DNA of 64,000 nt from Acidobacteriota bacterium (GTDB taxonomy: Bacteria; Acidobacteriota; UBA6911; JACQSX01). Below the pieces are notes generated by a model. The model was given only the letters and a program-made list of their open reading frames with translations, did no database searches and was not told the DNA's origin. A program made the translations under genes and the position numbers. The stretch is taken from contig DASXTB010000409.1 of the NCBI GenBank assembly GCA_036505615.1, positions 4,540 to 68,539 of the forward strand, written 5' to 3'. Positions 9,663 through 18,903 of the stretch are shown piece by piece. Positions within the stretch are counted from its first letter, which is position 1, and each line of letters opens with the position of its first letter.

Positions 9663-9778
9663 GCTGGCTCTTTTAATTCATGCATAATCCCGGTCAAGGT
9701 GTACGAACCACCTCAAATGAACTTGAAACTTGGAACTTGAAACCTGTAACTTCATCTACCTGTAACTCCATGTAAAAG

Positions 9779-10738
9779 ATGCAAAATCTTACAAGAAGTC
9801 TCACGCCATCTGAGTATTCCTGCTCACCGCTGTTATTCATCTTTATTGACGGGGTGGGAATTGGGCGTCCCGACCGCAAAATTAACCCATTGTTTGCCGG
9901 GAACAGCCAGGTTTTGGGCTTTTACGAGGGCCAGCAACCTCAAACGTACCGCGACGGACGCCTGATTCCCACAAACGCCACACTTGGAGTGGAAGGGCGC
10001 CCGCAGAGCGCCACCGGACAAACGGCTCTGTTTACCGGAGTGAACGCTCCGGTCATTTTGGGGAGGCACTTAAACGGATTCCCATCGCCAAGATTAAAAG
10101 AACTATTAAAAGACTCTATTTTTCGGAAAGCCAAAGAGCGTGGTTTGACAGTCAGCTTCGCCAATGCTTATCGCCCTGAATATTTTACCGAGCCGGCGCA
10201 AAGGATCTCGGCCACCACGTCCGCTTTCCAGCAGGCGGGAATTGCTCTTCGCACTTTCGACGATTTGCGCCAAGGGAATGCTCTGTCGCATGAATTTACG
10301 CGCAGCTTGATTCGGTCGCGTGGTTACGACTTCGAACCGATTGAGCCGGAGACAGCAGCCACTCAACTGCTGAATATTTTTCACCAGTGCGATTTGCTCC
10401 TCTATGAGTTTTTCATGACCGACGTTGTCGCCCACACCCAATCGATGCCCGACGCGCTGGCTCTGCTGGGAAAACTGGAGACCTTCCTAAAAACTGTGAT
10501 CGACGGGCTGAACGGCGAGCAAGAGTCGCTGCTGATCACTAGCGACCACGGAAATTTTGAAGATCTCTCCACTCGATCACACACTCTAAACCCCGTGCCG
10601 ACGCTGGTATGGGGGCCCGCAGAAAAATTCTTTAGCGCAGAGACGCCCCGCCGGGGAGTCTCCATGGCATCCGAGAGACAGTTCGCCTTGACTGACGTCG
10701 GCCCTGCCATTCTTCGGTCCCTCGGGGTTTCGGCGTGA
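9779..10738 (+). CDS. Metalloenzyme-superfamily protein resembling cofactor-independent phosphoglycerate mutase (ApgM) / phosphopentomutase
   Basis: 319 aa. N-terminal LLFIFIDGVGIG and C-terminal LLITSDHGNFEDL...HTLNPVP match the metal-binding motifs of the archaeal-type iPGM/alkaline-phosphatase fold. Confidence 0.5.
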   Translation: MQNLTRSLTPSEYSCSPLLFIFIDGVGIGRPDRKINPLFAGNSQVLGFYEGQQPQTYRDGRLIPTNATLGVEGRPQSATGQTALFTGVNAPVILGRHLNGFPSPRLKELLKDSIFRKAKERGLTVSFANAYRPEYFTEPAQRISATTSAFQQAGIALRTFDDLRQGNALSHEFTRSLIRSRGYDFEPIEPETAATQLLNIFHQCDLLLYEFFMTDVVAHTQSMPDALALLGKLETFLKTVIDGLNGEQESLLITSDHGNFEDLSTRSHTLNPVPTLVWGPAEKFFSAETPRRGVSMASERQFALTDVGPAILRSLGVSA

Positions 10739-11343
10739 AAGATCACCTGCTGGTTTCGTTCTGCAAAGCCGGCCTGCGAATTCTTTTTCGCGCTGTTTTC
10801 CGGATTGAGTACCACGGCCTGGACAACATTCCGGAGATGGGCGCGGCTCTGATCGTGCCCAACCATCAAAGTTACCTGGATCCTTTGTTGGTGGGAGCGG
10901 CGGTGCCCCGCTCGGTCCGTTACATGACCATGAAGCAGTTGTTTCGATGGCCGCTTCTGGCCTCCTTCCTCCGATTCTATGGCGCTTTTCCAGTAGCCAC
11001 CCGCAGCGCTGATAAGGCCGCGATCAAGTCAACACTCAAGTTCTTGAAGGCGGGGGAATTGGTAATTATTTTTCCTGAAGGCGGGCGGACAAGAGATGGA
11101 AAGATGATGCCATTTTTCCAGGGCTTTGCGCGCATCGCCTTATTGAGAAATGTATCGATCGTACCAGTAACGGTCACTGGAGCCCATCGCGTCTGGCCGC
11201 CGGCCCGTCGTTTTCCAATACCTCACAAAGTGCGAGTCACGTTTCACCCGCAGATCCATCCGTCTGATTTTCAAATCGAGGACGGCGCAAGGCCGGCGCG
11301 GATCGTGGAAAGAGTCAAGAAAATTATTCGCTCGGCCCTGTGA
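10735..11343 (+). CDS. plsC: 1-acyl-sn-glycerol-3-phosphate acyltransferase (PlsC family)
   Basis: 202 aa. Acyltransferase motifs PNHQSYLDPLL (NHxxxxD) and FPEGGRTRDG. ATGA overlap with the upstream gene. Confidence 0.75.
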   Translation: MKDHLLVSFCKAGLRILFRAVFRIEYHGLDNIPEMGAALIVPNHQSYLDPLLVGAAVPRSVRYMTMKQLFRWPLLASFLRFYGAFPVATRSADKAAIKSTLKFLKAGELVIIFPEGGRTRDGKMMPFFQGFARIALLRNVSIVPVTVTGAHRVWPPARRFPIPHKVRVTFHPQIHPSDFQIEDGARPARIVERVKKIIRSAL

Positions 11344-11349
11344 CAATTG

Positions 11350-11505
11350 CGGGTTGTGGATTTCGGATTGCGGAATTAGAGAAATGCGGGTTGTCAGTGG
11401 TCCGTGGTCCGTTGTTTCTTAAGAAACCTCGTTGTTCAACAACTACGAACCACTGACAACGGACAGACTTAAATCCGCAATCCGAAATCCACAATCCGCA
11501 ATAGC
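11350..11505. repeat. Nested palindrome between convergent genes (CGGATTG outer arms, GTCCGTT inner arms)
   Basis: Outer gcgggttgtggatttcggattgcggaatt / aatccgcaatccgaaatccacaatccgcaat. Inner gttgtcagtggtccgtggtccgttg / caactacgaaccactgacaacggac. Probable bidirectional terminator. Confidence 0.6.
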
Positions 11506-11507
11506 GA

Positions 11508-12614
11508 TCAGGTAATAGTCACCAGCACGCGTTCATCCATATATTTTCCGAGATCGCCCCGCAGCGACGGCATCCAGCTAAACACTTTCCTGTAAACGTC
11601 CTGGCTCTCCATGCAGAGATATACGGTGCTGCCGGGACTGCGCCGGCGGATCCACTCGATCATGCGCGCGTACATTTCGACGCGAATCGGTTTGAAGTAC
11701 TGGAACTTGCCATCGGTTCCGCGGATGATTTCTCCGTAGAGGATTTGACTGCGCGGAAAGCGCCAGCGGATCATGTCGCGCTGGTCTTTGTTGAAGCGGA
11801 GCCCGCCTATGCTGAGCCAGGCGATCTCTTGCGGGGTGAATCGGTCAAATAGTGCGTCGACCAGCGCGTGATAATCCGCCTGCCAGTTCTGGTAGTGCAC
11901 CATCGGATCAAAATGGAATCCGAGGCGATAGCCGTGATCGGCGCAGCGCCTCGCCGCTTCGAGTTTTTCTTCCAGAGTCGCCGTCTTCCATTCCTCATGC
12001 GAGGTGACAAAAGGTGTGTTGATCGACCATGAAACCACAGTGTTGCGGTTGGACTCGATTTGCAGGAGGTTTTCAATGTTGTTTGTCTTGGTCTTCAACT
12101 CCAAAATGGCATTTTTGCGGCCGCCGAAAAACGGAACCATCCACTTGGAAATCCCGGTCAGATGGTCCAACCCCAGCGAGTCGGAGAGTTCACCCGTGCC
12201 GACTCGATATACTCCCTGAGGATTCTGCGAAAAAGCGTCATCCAGTTGCTCCAGCAGCTCAGGCACGTTCACGTAAACTCGCATGAAAGGGTTGTTCAGA
12301 TATGCCTGCAGAATGCAGTAGGTGCACTCAAGGTGGCAGTTGGTCGCATAGGTGACGGTGAAGTAATTGCAACTGACATGGCTGGCCGTGCAGCCAGGGC
12401 ACAGTTTAAGGAATTTTCCCTGTTGGCGCGTCAACACCAGCTGTTTTTTACCGCTGGTGAGCGTGGTATCGCTGGCATAAAGTGCTTCCAGCTCTTCCCG
12501 AGAGCGAAAGTAGACCACCGGCACACCAGCGGCCTGCTGCAGCGTGTAGCGTGTAATCGGCTCTTCGACGACAGCCGGATCAACGTAGATTTTTTCGGGC
12601 TTGTATTGTTTCAT
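11508..12614 (-). CDS. Radical SAM protein, spore-photoproduct-lyase (SplB)-like DNA repair family
   Basis: 368 aa. CxxxCxxC cluster (CHLECTYC) in an SplB-like context. Confidence 0.55.
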   Translation of the reverse strand: MKQYKPEKIYVDPAVVEEPITRYTLQQAAGVPVVYFRSREELEALYASDTTLTSGKKQLVLTRQQGKFLKLCPGCTASHVSCNYFTVTYATNCHLECTYCILQAYLNNPFMRVYVNVPELLEQLDDAFSQNPQGVYRVGTGELSDSLGLDHLTGISKWMVPFFGGRKNAILELKTKTNNIENLLQIESNRNTVVSWSINTPFVTSHEEWKTATLEEKLEAARRCADHGYRLGFHFDPMVHYQNWQADYHALVDALFDRFTPQEIAWLSIGGLRFNKDQRDMIRWRFPRSQILYGEIIRGTDGKFQYFKPIRVEMYARMIEWIRRRSPGSTVYLCMESQDVYRKVFSWMPSLRGDLGKYMDERVLVTIT

Positions 12615-12768
12615 ACACTTCAGTTTCAGTCTGAGGTTTCAAATTTCAGGTATACGGGCCTGTTGCCCAAAACAATGGCCACGCCAGTCTGTAGGGGCGG
12701 TTCGTGAACCGGTCCGTCGGAGCATTTCGATTTCGTTGCAAGACGGCGACAAATTCGGAACTTCAAAC

Positions 12769-13707
12769 TTATATCAATTTCAAAATCGCCTCTAATTCCG
12801 GCATTGCCGCAATCTCAAGCAGTTTGCGCGAATAACGCTCCAGTTCCTCTCGACTCTGAAACGGGAAACTGATCTTATATCGATTCTCCTCAAAATAAGC
12901 AGGAGCCGTCAGCTGGATCTGACCGGGAAGGCGAAAGCGCGCCTTGTTGTCTTCAAACTGCCGCTGCACTTCGGTCAGTCGCGGGAAACGGCGGGCGTTT
13001 AGCCAGTCCTGCCAGGCATCATAAACGTGCAAGGGATTTTCCCGCGAGCGAACTCTTTCCAACTCTTTGATCAGTTCCAATTTCTCTATGCTGCAGATGC
13101 GCGTCACTTCTTCCATTAGATCGAGCAGCTCCCGTTGCTTGTTGGCTCCCAGCTTCAGCGAAATGAACCACTCTCCAATCTGATTCTCGTGCGGTGTCCA
13201 GGCGCAGAGGCGATGGGCTGTGTACAGGTAGATTTGTCCGCGAGCCACGCGCAACTGTATTTCTTCGGGCAGTGTTAGAAGTGCGCTCAACTGCTGCACG
13301 ACCAATTGATTGAACTTGATGCCAAGCAGTGGAAACAGGCTCTGCGCCAACTCCTCTCTTGACCAGCCGTTGAGGGTAAATTTCTCAATGCCGCGGGCAC
13401 GCTCCACGTCATTCAGCGGCCCGTGGCTGAGACGCTCCAGAAACCCTAACAACACCGTCTGCTTGCGGTCGTATCCCCGGCACACCATAGCGGGTACCGC
13501 CGTCGCACCGGCTGTCCGGGCGGTCTGAAGGCGCCGAAAACCGCAGACGATCCGGTATTCTTCTCCCTCAGCATGCAGAAACAACGGCTGCACAATCCCA
13601 AATTCTTTCACCCCTTGGATTGGGTGCGGATCCGGATGGAAGGAGACTCGAAAAAGTTCGTCGGGCAGGATCTTCTGAATGGAGACACTCTCAAGATTTT
13701 GGGTCAC
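12769..13707 (-). CDS. ParB/sulfiredoxin-like nuclease-domain protein with a C-terminal helical domain
   Basis: 312 aa. ParB N-terminal domain signature (ILPDEL...FGIVQPLFLHAEGEEYRIVCGFRRLQTARTAG...VPAMV). Confidence 0.5.
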   Translation of the reverse strand: MTQNLESVSIQKILPDELFRVSFHPDPHPIQGVKEFGIVQPLFLHAEGEEYRIVCGFRRLQTARTAGATAVPAMVCRGYDRKQTVLLGFLERLSHGPLNDVERARGIEKFTLNGWSREELAQSLFPLLGIKFNQLVVQQLSALLTLPEEIQLRVARGQIYLYTAHRLCAWTPHENQIGEWFISLKLGANKQRELLDLMEEVTRICSIEKLELIKELERVRSRENPLHVYDAWQDWLNARRFPRLTEVQRQFEDNKARFRLPGQIQLTAPAYFEENRYKISFPFQSREELERYSRKLLEIAAMPELEAILKLI

Positions 13708-13726
13708 AGCGTCGATTATAGCGCAG

Positions 13727-14050
13727 TACCCAGTTCGTAGTTGCCAGTTGCCAGTTACCAGTTCCCAGTGGTCTATCTTAGTGCCGGATCGGCAACTGAT
13801 GTCCAGTGCCCAGTGTTCTAGAGCCCAGCGTCCCGTTACCAGTGGCCAGTGGCCAGTTGCCAGTTCCTGGTTTCATCCTCTGGTTACTGGTGGACGATCC
13901 GGCAATAAGATCAACGACTAGGAACTGCCAACTAGCCACTGGCAGCCCGGCGCTGGGCTCTGGAACGCTGGGTACTGGACATCAGTGGCCAATCCGGCAC
14001 TAAGATGGGCCACTGGGAACTGGTAACTGGCAACTGGCAACTGGACACTG
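13727..14050. repeat. Inverted duplication of a ~105-bp CCAGTKG heptamer-array element in a divergent promoter region
   Basis: 13727-13831 is ~90% identical to the reverse complement of 13945-14050. The 113-bp centre is itself partly symmetrical. Confidence 0.7.
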
Positions 14051-14151
14051 GGTACTGAGGTTTTAAAGTTGAAAAAAAGATCCAGAGACGCCAAGATCGA
14101 ATCTTGAAAATTTTGAGTCGCAAATTAACGGATTCCCCAGTTGTGTAATTA

Positions 14152-16455
14152 ATGGCAAAGACATCTCTTCTCGAAAACCTGAATCAACGTCAGCGCGAGG
14201 CCGTCGAGCACGTACAAGGACCCCTTTTGATCCTGGCTGGCGCCGGCAGCGGCAAAACCCGCACCATTACCTTCCGGATCGCTTACCTGATTGAACAGGG
14301 TTGCTCACAGCCCGAAAACATCCTTGCCGTCACCTTCACCAACAAGGCTGCATCCGAGATGAAGGCGCGGGTGAGGCAGTTGCTCAGCGAACGGAGCGGT
14401 AATCCCCTGGTCTCCACCTTTCACTCGTTCGCCGTAAGGATTCTGCGGCGGTACATCGATCGCCTCGGATACAGGCGCGACTTTACGATTTATGACGCAG
14501 ACGACTCCAAAGCTGCTGTCAAATCAATCCTGAAAGGACAACGGGTCGATGAAACTTTGCTCTCGCACCGTAAGGTCCATTCCATGATCAGTTATGCGAA
14601 GAATCATTCCATCGGCCCCAAGCAATATCTTGAAAAAGCTTCGAACGGCGAGATGGAGATGGTTGGCAACGCCTATGCTGCCTACCAGGAATCACTTAAA
14701 GAATCCAATGCGGTCGATTTTGACGACTTGATTCTGCTTACGTCGCGCCTCTTGCGGGAGCATCCCGATCTGCTCGAGCACTACAATCGCTGGTACCGCT
14801 TCATGATGGTCGACGAATATCAGGATACCAACCACCCTCAGTACGACCTGATCAAGCTGATGACCACCTACCATGACAACATCTGTGTGGTAGGCGACGA
14901 AGACCAGTCGATTTACCGCTTCCGGGGCGCGGATATTCGTAACATCCTGAGCTTTGAGAAAGACTTTCCTGGAACACGGGTGATCAAGCTGGAACAAAAC
15001 TACCGTTCTACCCAGACGATTTTGGACGCCGCCGGCGCTGTCGTCAGCCAAAACGTCCAGCGTAAGGGCAAGGTCCTTTGGACCGAGAATCCCCCCGGGG
15101 AAAAAATCGAGCTGTTTGAGGCGGACGACGCACAGGAGGAAGCAGAATTCGTAACGCGGGAAATCGAGTACCACCTCGATTCCGATCGAGAGACGCGAGT
15201 GGCCGTTTTATACCGCACTAACTTCCAGTCCCGCCAGTTTGAAGAGGCGCTGCGCCGGCGGGGTTTGAGATACAACATTGTGGGAAGCGTGGGTTTTTAC
15301 GCCAGGGCTGAGATCAAAGACCTGATCGCCTATTTGAAAGTACTGCTGAACCCGAACGACGCGATTATGCTCACGCGCATTATCAATGCTCCCGCCCGAG
15401 GTCTCGGGAAGGCGACAATGGATCGGCTGGGTCAGCTCGCCTTCCAGAACCGTATTTCCATATGGGAAGCTCTACAAAAAGCTCTACAGGAAGATCTATT
15501 CAGCGCTCGTACCCTCGCAGCACTAAACCGTTTCAGCAACTTAATTCAACTTCTGCAGTCAAAAATGGCATCCGCCTCTCTGGGAGATTTACTGGAGATG
15601 ATCGCCGCCCAGAGCGGCTACATCGAAGCGCTGCGGAGTGAAAATACGGATGAAGCGCAGAACCGGATCCTAAATATCATGGAATTGATCAATGCTGCTC
15701 GGGAGGCGCAGCGCGGCGGGCAAACAGTGCAGGAATTTCTGGACCACGCGGCGCTGGTTTCAGATACCGACGACCTGGACAGCCAAGCCCGAATCGTCTT
15801 GCTCACTATGCACAACGCCAAAGGCCTGGAATTCCCCATCGTTTTTGTCGCCGGGTGCGAGGAAGGCCTGTTTCCCCACATCCGGTCTAACGAAACCACC
15901 GAGGACCTGGAAGAGGAACGCCGGCTTTGTTACGTGGCAATGACGCGGGCAAAACGGAAGCTGTACGTAACTTACTCTCGCTTGCGGCGCTTTTATGGTG
16001 GAGATATTCCAGGCATGGTACAAGCCTCACGGTTCATTTCCGAAATACCGCCCCAGTTGCTGGAATTGAGGAGTCCGACCCTTGGCTTGAGCGACAGTAT
16101 TCCGTCTGAACGATTTGCTTCACGGGGCATCTTTCCCAAGTCGGGGGTTACCCGGCCTCGCGAGGTCATGTCGCGTTCGGCTCGAAGTTATGGCGGTCCC
16201 ACGCACAATACGCCGGACGCCGTACGAAAGTTCCTCCAGCAGCGCCAGGCGGCCGTCCCCGCCGGCCCTGAGCCGCAGCGGCCGGCACGCGGGTCCACAA
16301 TGAAACCGGGCACCCAAGTGCGGCATGAAAAGTACGGTGTCGGGGTAGTGGTCGATCGGGAACAAGCGGGCGATGATTTCAAGATCACCGTGAGCTTTGC
16401 CGGTTGGGGAACGAAAAAACTAATGGAGCGTTATGCGAAGTTGAAGAAAGTGTGA
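14152..16455 (+). CDS. uvrD: ATP-dependent DNA helicase UvrD/PcrA
   Basis: 767 aa. Walker A (AGAGSGKTRT), VDEYQDTN, and a C-terminal Tudor-like tail (GTQVRHEKYGVGVVV). Confidence 0.9.
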   Translation: MAKTSLLENLNQRQREAVEHVQGPLLILAGAGSGKTRTITFRIAYLIEQGCSQPENILAVTFTNKAASEMKARVRQLLSERSGNPLVSTFHSFAVRILRRYIDRLGYRRDFTIYDADDSKAAVKSILKGQRVDETLLSHRKVHSMISYAKNHSIGPKQYLEKASNGEMEMVGNAYAAYQESLKESNAVDFDDLILLTSRLLREHPDLLEHYNRWYRFMMVDEYQDTNHPQYDLIKLMTTYHDNICVVGDEDQSIYRFRGADIRNILSFEKDFPGTRVIKLEQNYRSTQTILDAAGAVVSQNVQRKGKVLWTENPPGEKIELFEADDAQEEAEFVTREIEYHLDSDRETRVAVLYRTNFQSRQFEEALRRRGLRYNIVGSVGFYARAEIKDLIAYLKVLLNPNDAIMLTRIINAPARGLGKATMDRLGQLAFQNRISIWEALQKALQEDLFSARTLAALNRFSNLIQLLQSKMASASLGDLLEMIAAQSGYIEALRSENTDEAQNRILNIMELINAAREAQRGGQTVQEFLDHAALVSDTDDLDSQARIVLLTMHNAKGLEFPIVFVAGCEEGLFPHIRSNETTEDLEEERRLCYVAMTRAKRKLYVTYSRLRRFYGGDIPGMVQASRFISEIPPQLLELRSPTLGLSDSIPSERFASRGIFPKSGVTRPREVMSRSARSYGGPTHNTPDAVRKFLQQRQAAVPAGPEPQRPARGSTMKPGTQVRHEKYGVGVVVDREQAGDDFKITVSFAGWGTKKLMERYAKLKKV

Positions 16456-16471
16456 TCGAACTGAAACTGAA

Positions 16472-16660
16472 GGTCGAAAGTCGAAAGTCGAAAGTCGAGG
16501 TCGAAAGTCGAGGTCGAAAGTCGGACGTCGAAAGTCGAATGCTATCGACTCGCTCACCTTTTGAATGGCAAACCTGAAGACCGGCTGACTTGCGACCTGC
16601 GACTTTCGATCTTCGACTTTCAACCTTCGACTTTCGACAGGACCTGCGACTTGCGACCTT
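16472..16660. repeat. GTCGAAA heptamer array (16472-16540) and its reverse-complement array (16589-16660)
   Basis: (ggtcgaaa)n ... (tttcgac)n arms flank a 48-nt loop, ending 15 nt before the permease start codon. Confidence 0.7.
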
Positions 16661-16675
16661 TTAAAAGGACCCTCC

Positions 16676-18565
16676 ATGAAGAACATCCTGTTTAAGAGAA
16701 AGAACCCCGACCAGTTGATCAGCGATTCCGAAATGCCGGAAAGAAGGATGAAGCGATCCCTTTCGGCCTTCGATCTGACTGCTTTGGGTGTGGGAGCTAC
16801 CGTGGGCGCAGGAATCTTCGCACTTACTGGAACGGCGGCAGCGGGAAAGACAACCGTCGGCGCTCCGCCGGCCTTCGTTGATACACCGGTGCTTAACTTT
16901 ATTCTGCAACGGTTCACGGGCGGATCGCTCGAATTGGGCAGGCTGGGCGCTGGACCGGCCATTACGATTTCCTTTCTAGTCGCCGCGCTGGCCTGTGCCC
17001 TGGCAGCGCTCTGCTATGCCGAGCTGGCGGCGATGATCCCCGTCTCGGGCAGCGCCTACACGTACGCCTATGCGACGCTGGGAGAAATGATTGCATGGAT
17101 CATCGGCTGGGATTTGGTTCTCGAGTATGCTGTGGGGAACATCGCGGTGGCCACAAGCTGGTCCGGATTTTTTGTTGAGCTTGCCTACAATACGCTGGGG
17201 GCCAAATTTCCGCTTTGGCTGGTGGCCGATTTCAAGACGGCCGAAGGCAAGCTGGCCGAGGGCGGGTCAAGCCTGCAGATGTTCTCATCTAGTACACTCC
17301 CGGTTGTCTTTGGGCATCATCTGGCCTTCAACATTCCTGCCTTCATCATCGTGGCTCTGCTGACTGCGCTTCTCATCTACGGGATCAAGGAGAGCGCCAC
17401 CGCCAACACCGTCGCAGTGGCGGTAAAAGTCTGCATTGTGATTTTCTTTATCGCGTATGGCGCCTCTTATATTTCCCCGCGAAACTGGATACCGTTTGCA
17501 CCTAACGGTTTTCTGGGAGTGATGGGAGGCGCCGCCATAGTTTTCTTTGCTTTCATTGGCTTTGATGCTGTCTCCACCACGGCCGAGGAGGCACGCAATC
17601 CCCAACGGGACATGCCGATCGGGATGATTGCTTCGCTGGCCATTACCACTGTGCTCTACATTGGCGTTTCTCTGGTCGTCACCGGGATGCTGCACTGGCC
17701 ACAATTGGACGATCCGGCGCCAGTAGCGAAGGCTCTCCGCGAGGCGGGCGGCGCTCGGTGGGCTCAGGCCTTCGTGAGCGCCGGCGCGCTGGCCGGGCTG
17801 ACCTCGGTATTGCTGGTATTCCAGCTGGGGCAGCCACGCATCTTCATGGCCATGGCCCGCGACGGTCTGTTGCCGCGTTATTTTTCCAAAGTCCATCAAC
17901 GATTCCGCACTCCTCATGTCACCACCTTCTGGACCGGAGTTTTTGTCGCTGTTCCGGCTCTGTTCATCGACATCGGTTCGGCAGCCGAATTGACCAATAT
18001 CGGCACACTGTTTGCGTTCATCCTGGTGTGCGCCGGCGTCATCGCGCTGCGCAAGACGGATCCTGGCCGGGTGCGACCTTTCAGGACTCCAATGGTTCCA
18101 TTGATACCGCTGCTTGGAATTCTGATGTGTGTGGTCCTCATGCTCAGCCTGCCGATTTTGACATGGATGCGTTTCTACGGATGGCTGCGGATTGGATTAA
18201 TGATTTATATCGGATTTGGACTAACGCACAGCGTGATGATCGGGGATGAGAAGGACCGGGAGAGGACACGTTGGGCCAGCTCTTCCACTGCGGCGATGCT
18301 GGGGATTGGAGCATTTTGCATCGATGTGCTGGTGGCGATGCTCGTGTCTATCTACCATCCCGAATTCATCCATACTGTGGAATTTCTGGCCTTTGGTTTC
18401 TTGCTGATTTTTTGCAATCTGGTGCACGCCCGGCTGGCCGTGTCGCGTACGCGCGGAGTTCCGGATACCGCTGCAACTGGAGGAAGAAACAGGACCGTCG
18501 GCATTTCTCTGGCTGTTCTTTCTTCTCTCGCCCTGGTGGTGCTTATAGTTCGGTACATACGGTAA
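16676..18565 (+). CDS. APC-family amino acid permease
   Basis: 629 aa. About 12 TM segments. N-terminal consensus SLSAFDLTALGVGATVGAGIFALTG. Confidence 0.85.
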   Translation: MKNILFKRKNPDQLISDSEMPERRMKRSLSAFDLTALGVGATVGAGIFALTGTAAAGKTTVGAPPAFVDTPVLNFILQRFTGGSLELGRLGAGPAITISFLVAALACALAALCYAELAAMIPVSGSAYTYAYATLGEMIAWIIGWDLVLEYAVGNIAVATSWSGFFVELAYNTLGAKFPLWLVADFKTAEGKLAEGGSSLQMFSSSTLPVVFGHHLAFNIPAFIIVALLTALLIYGIKESATANTVAVAVKVCIVIFFIAYGASYISPRNWIPFAPNGFLGVMGGAAIVFFAFIGFDAVSTTAEEARNPQRDMPIGMIASLAITTVLYIGVSLVVTGMLHWPQLDDPAPVAKALREAGGARWAQAFVSAGALAGLTSVLLVFQLGQPRIFMAMARDGLLPRYFSKVHQRFRTPHVTTFWTGVFVAVPALFIDIGSAAELTNIGTLFAFILVCAGVIALRKTDPGRVRPFRTPMVPLIPLLGILMCVVLMLSLPILTWMRFYGWLRIGLMIYIGFGLTHSVMIGDEKDRERTRWASSSTAAMLGIGAFCIDVLVAMLVSIYHPEFIHTVEFLAFGFLLIFCNLVHARLAVSRTRGVPDTAATGGRNRTVGISLAVLSSLALVVLIVRYIR

Positions 18566-18566
18566 T

Positions 18567-18903
18567 AAGCCAGCTATCAGCCATCAGTCATCGGTCATCG
18601 GTCATCGGTAGTCAGTCATTGGTAGTCCTCTCATCGGTCATTAGCTTCCGTGAGCAACTGGACCAGGGATCTGATTTATTTTCAAAAATTGCTTCGCAAA
18701 TTTTCAGCTGGAGGAGTTATGTAAAGCGGAGACTTGGCAAATTAGACCAGGAATTGCGTATGTTTCTCCGCTTGATCAACGGCTACGTCCGATCGATAGG
18801 AGACCGATGACTGATGACCGATGACCGATGACTGATAACCGATGACTGATGGCTGATGGCCGATGACCAATGACCGATTAACGATGACTGATGACCGACG
18901 ACG
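18567..18903. repeat. CATCGGT heptamer array (18567-18644) and inverted ACCGATG array (18806-18903) flanking a 160-bp unique core
   Basis: Direct read of tandem catcggt/catcagt units on the left and accgatg/actgatg units on the right. The core has SD-ATG-TAA at 18710-18724. Confidence 0.7.

Noticed and set aside
12060-12707. 215-aa plus-strand ORF antisense to the radical SAM gene
   Set aside because: Fully overlaps a motif-supported gene on the other strand. High-GC frames routinely stay open.
16472-16660. Possible CRISPR arrays (this and the other tandem repeat loci)
   Set aside because: The units are 6-9 nt with no spacers. CRISPR repeats are 24-48 nt separated by unique spacers, and no cas genes are present.
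18271-18810. 179-aa plus-strand ORF spanning the permease 3' end and the CATCGGT repeat core
   Set aside because: It is an out-of-frame read-through overlapping the well-supported permease gene. Its tail is translated repeat, and it has no start context.
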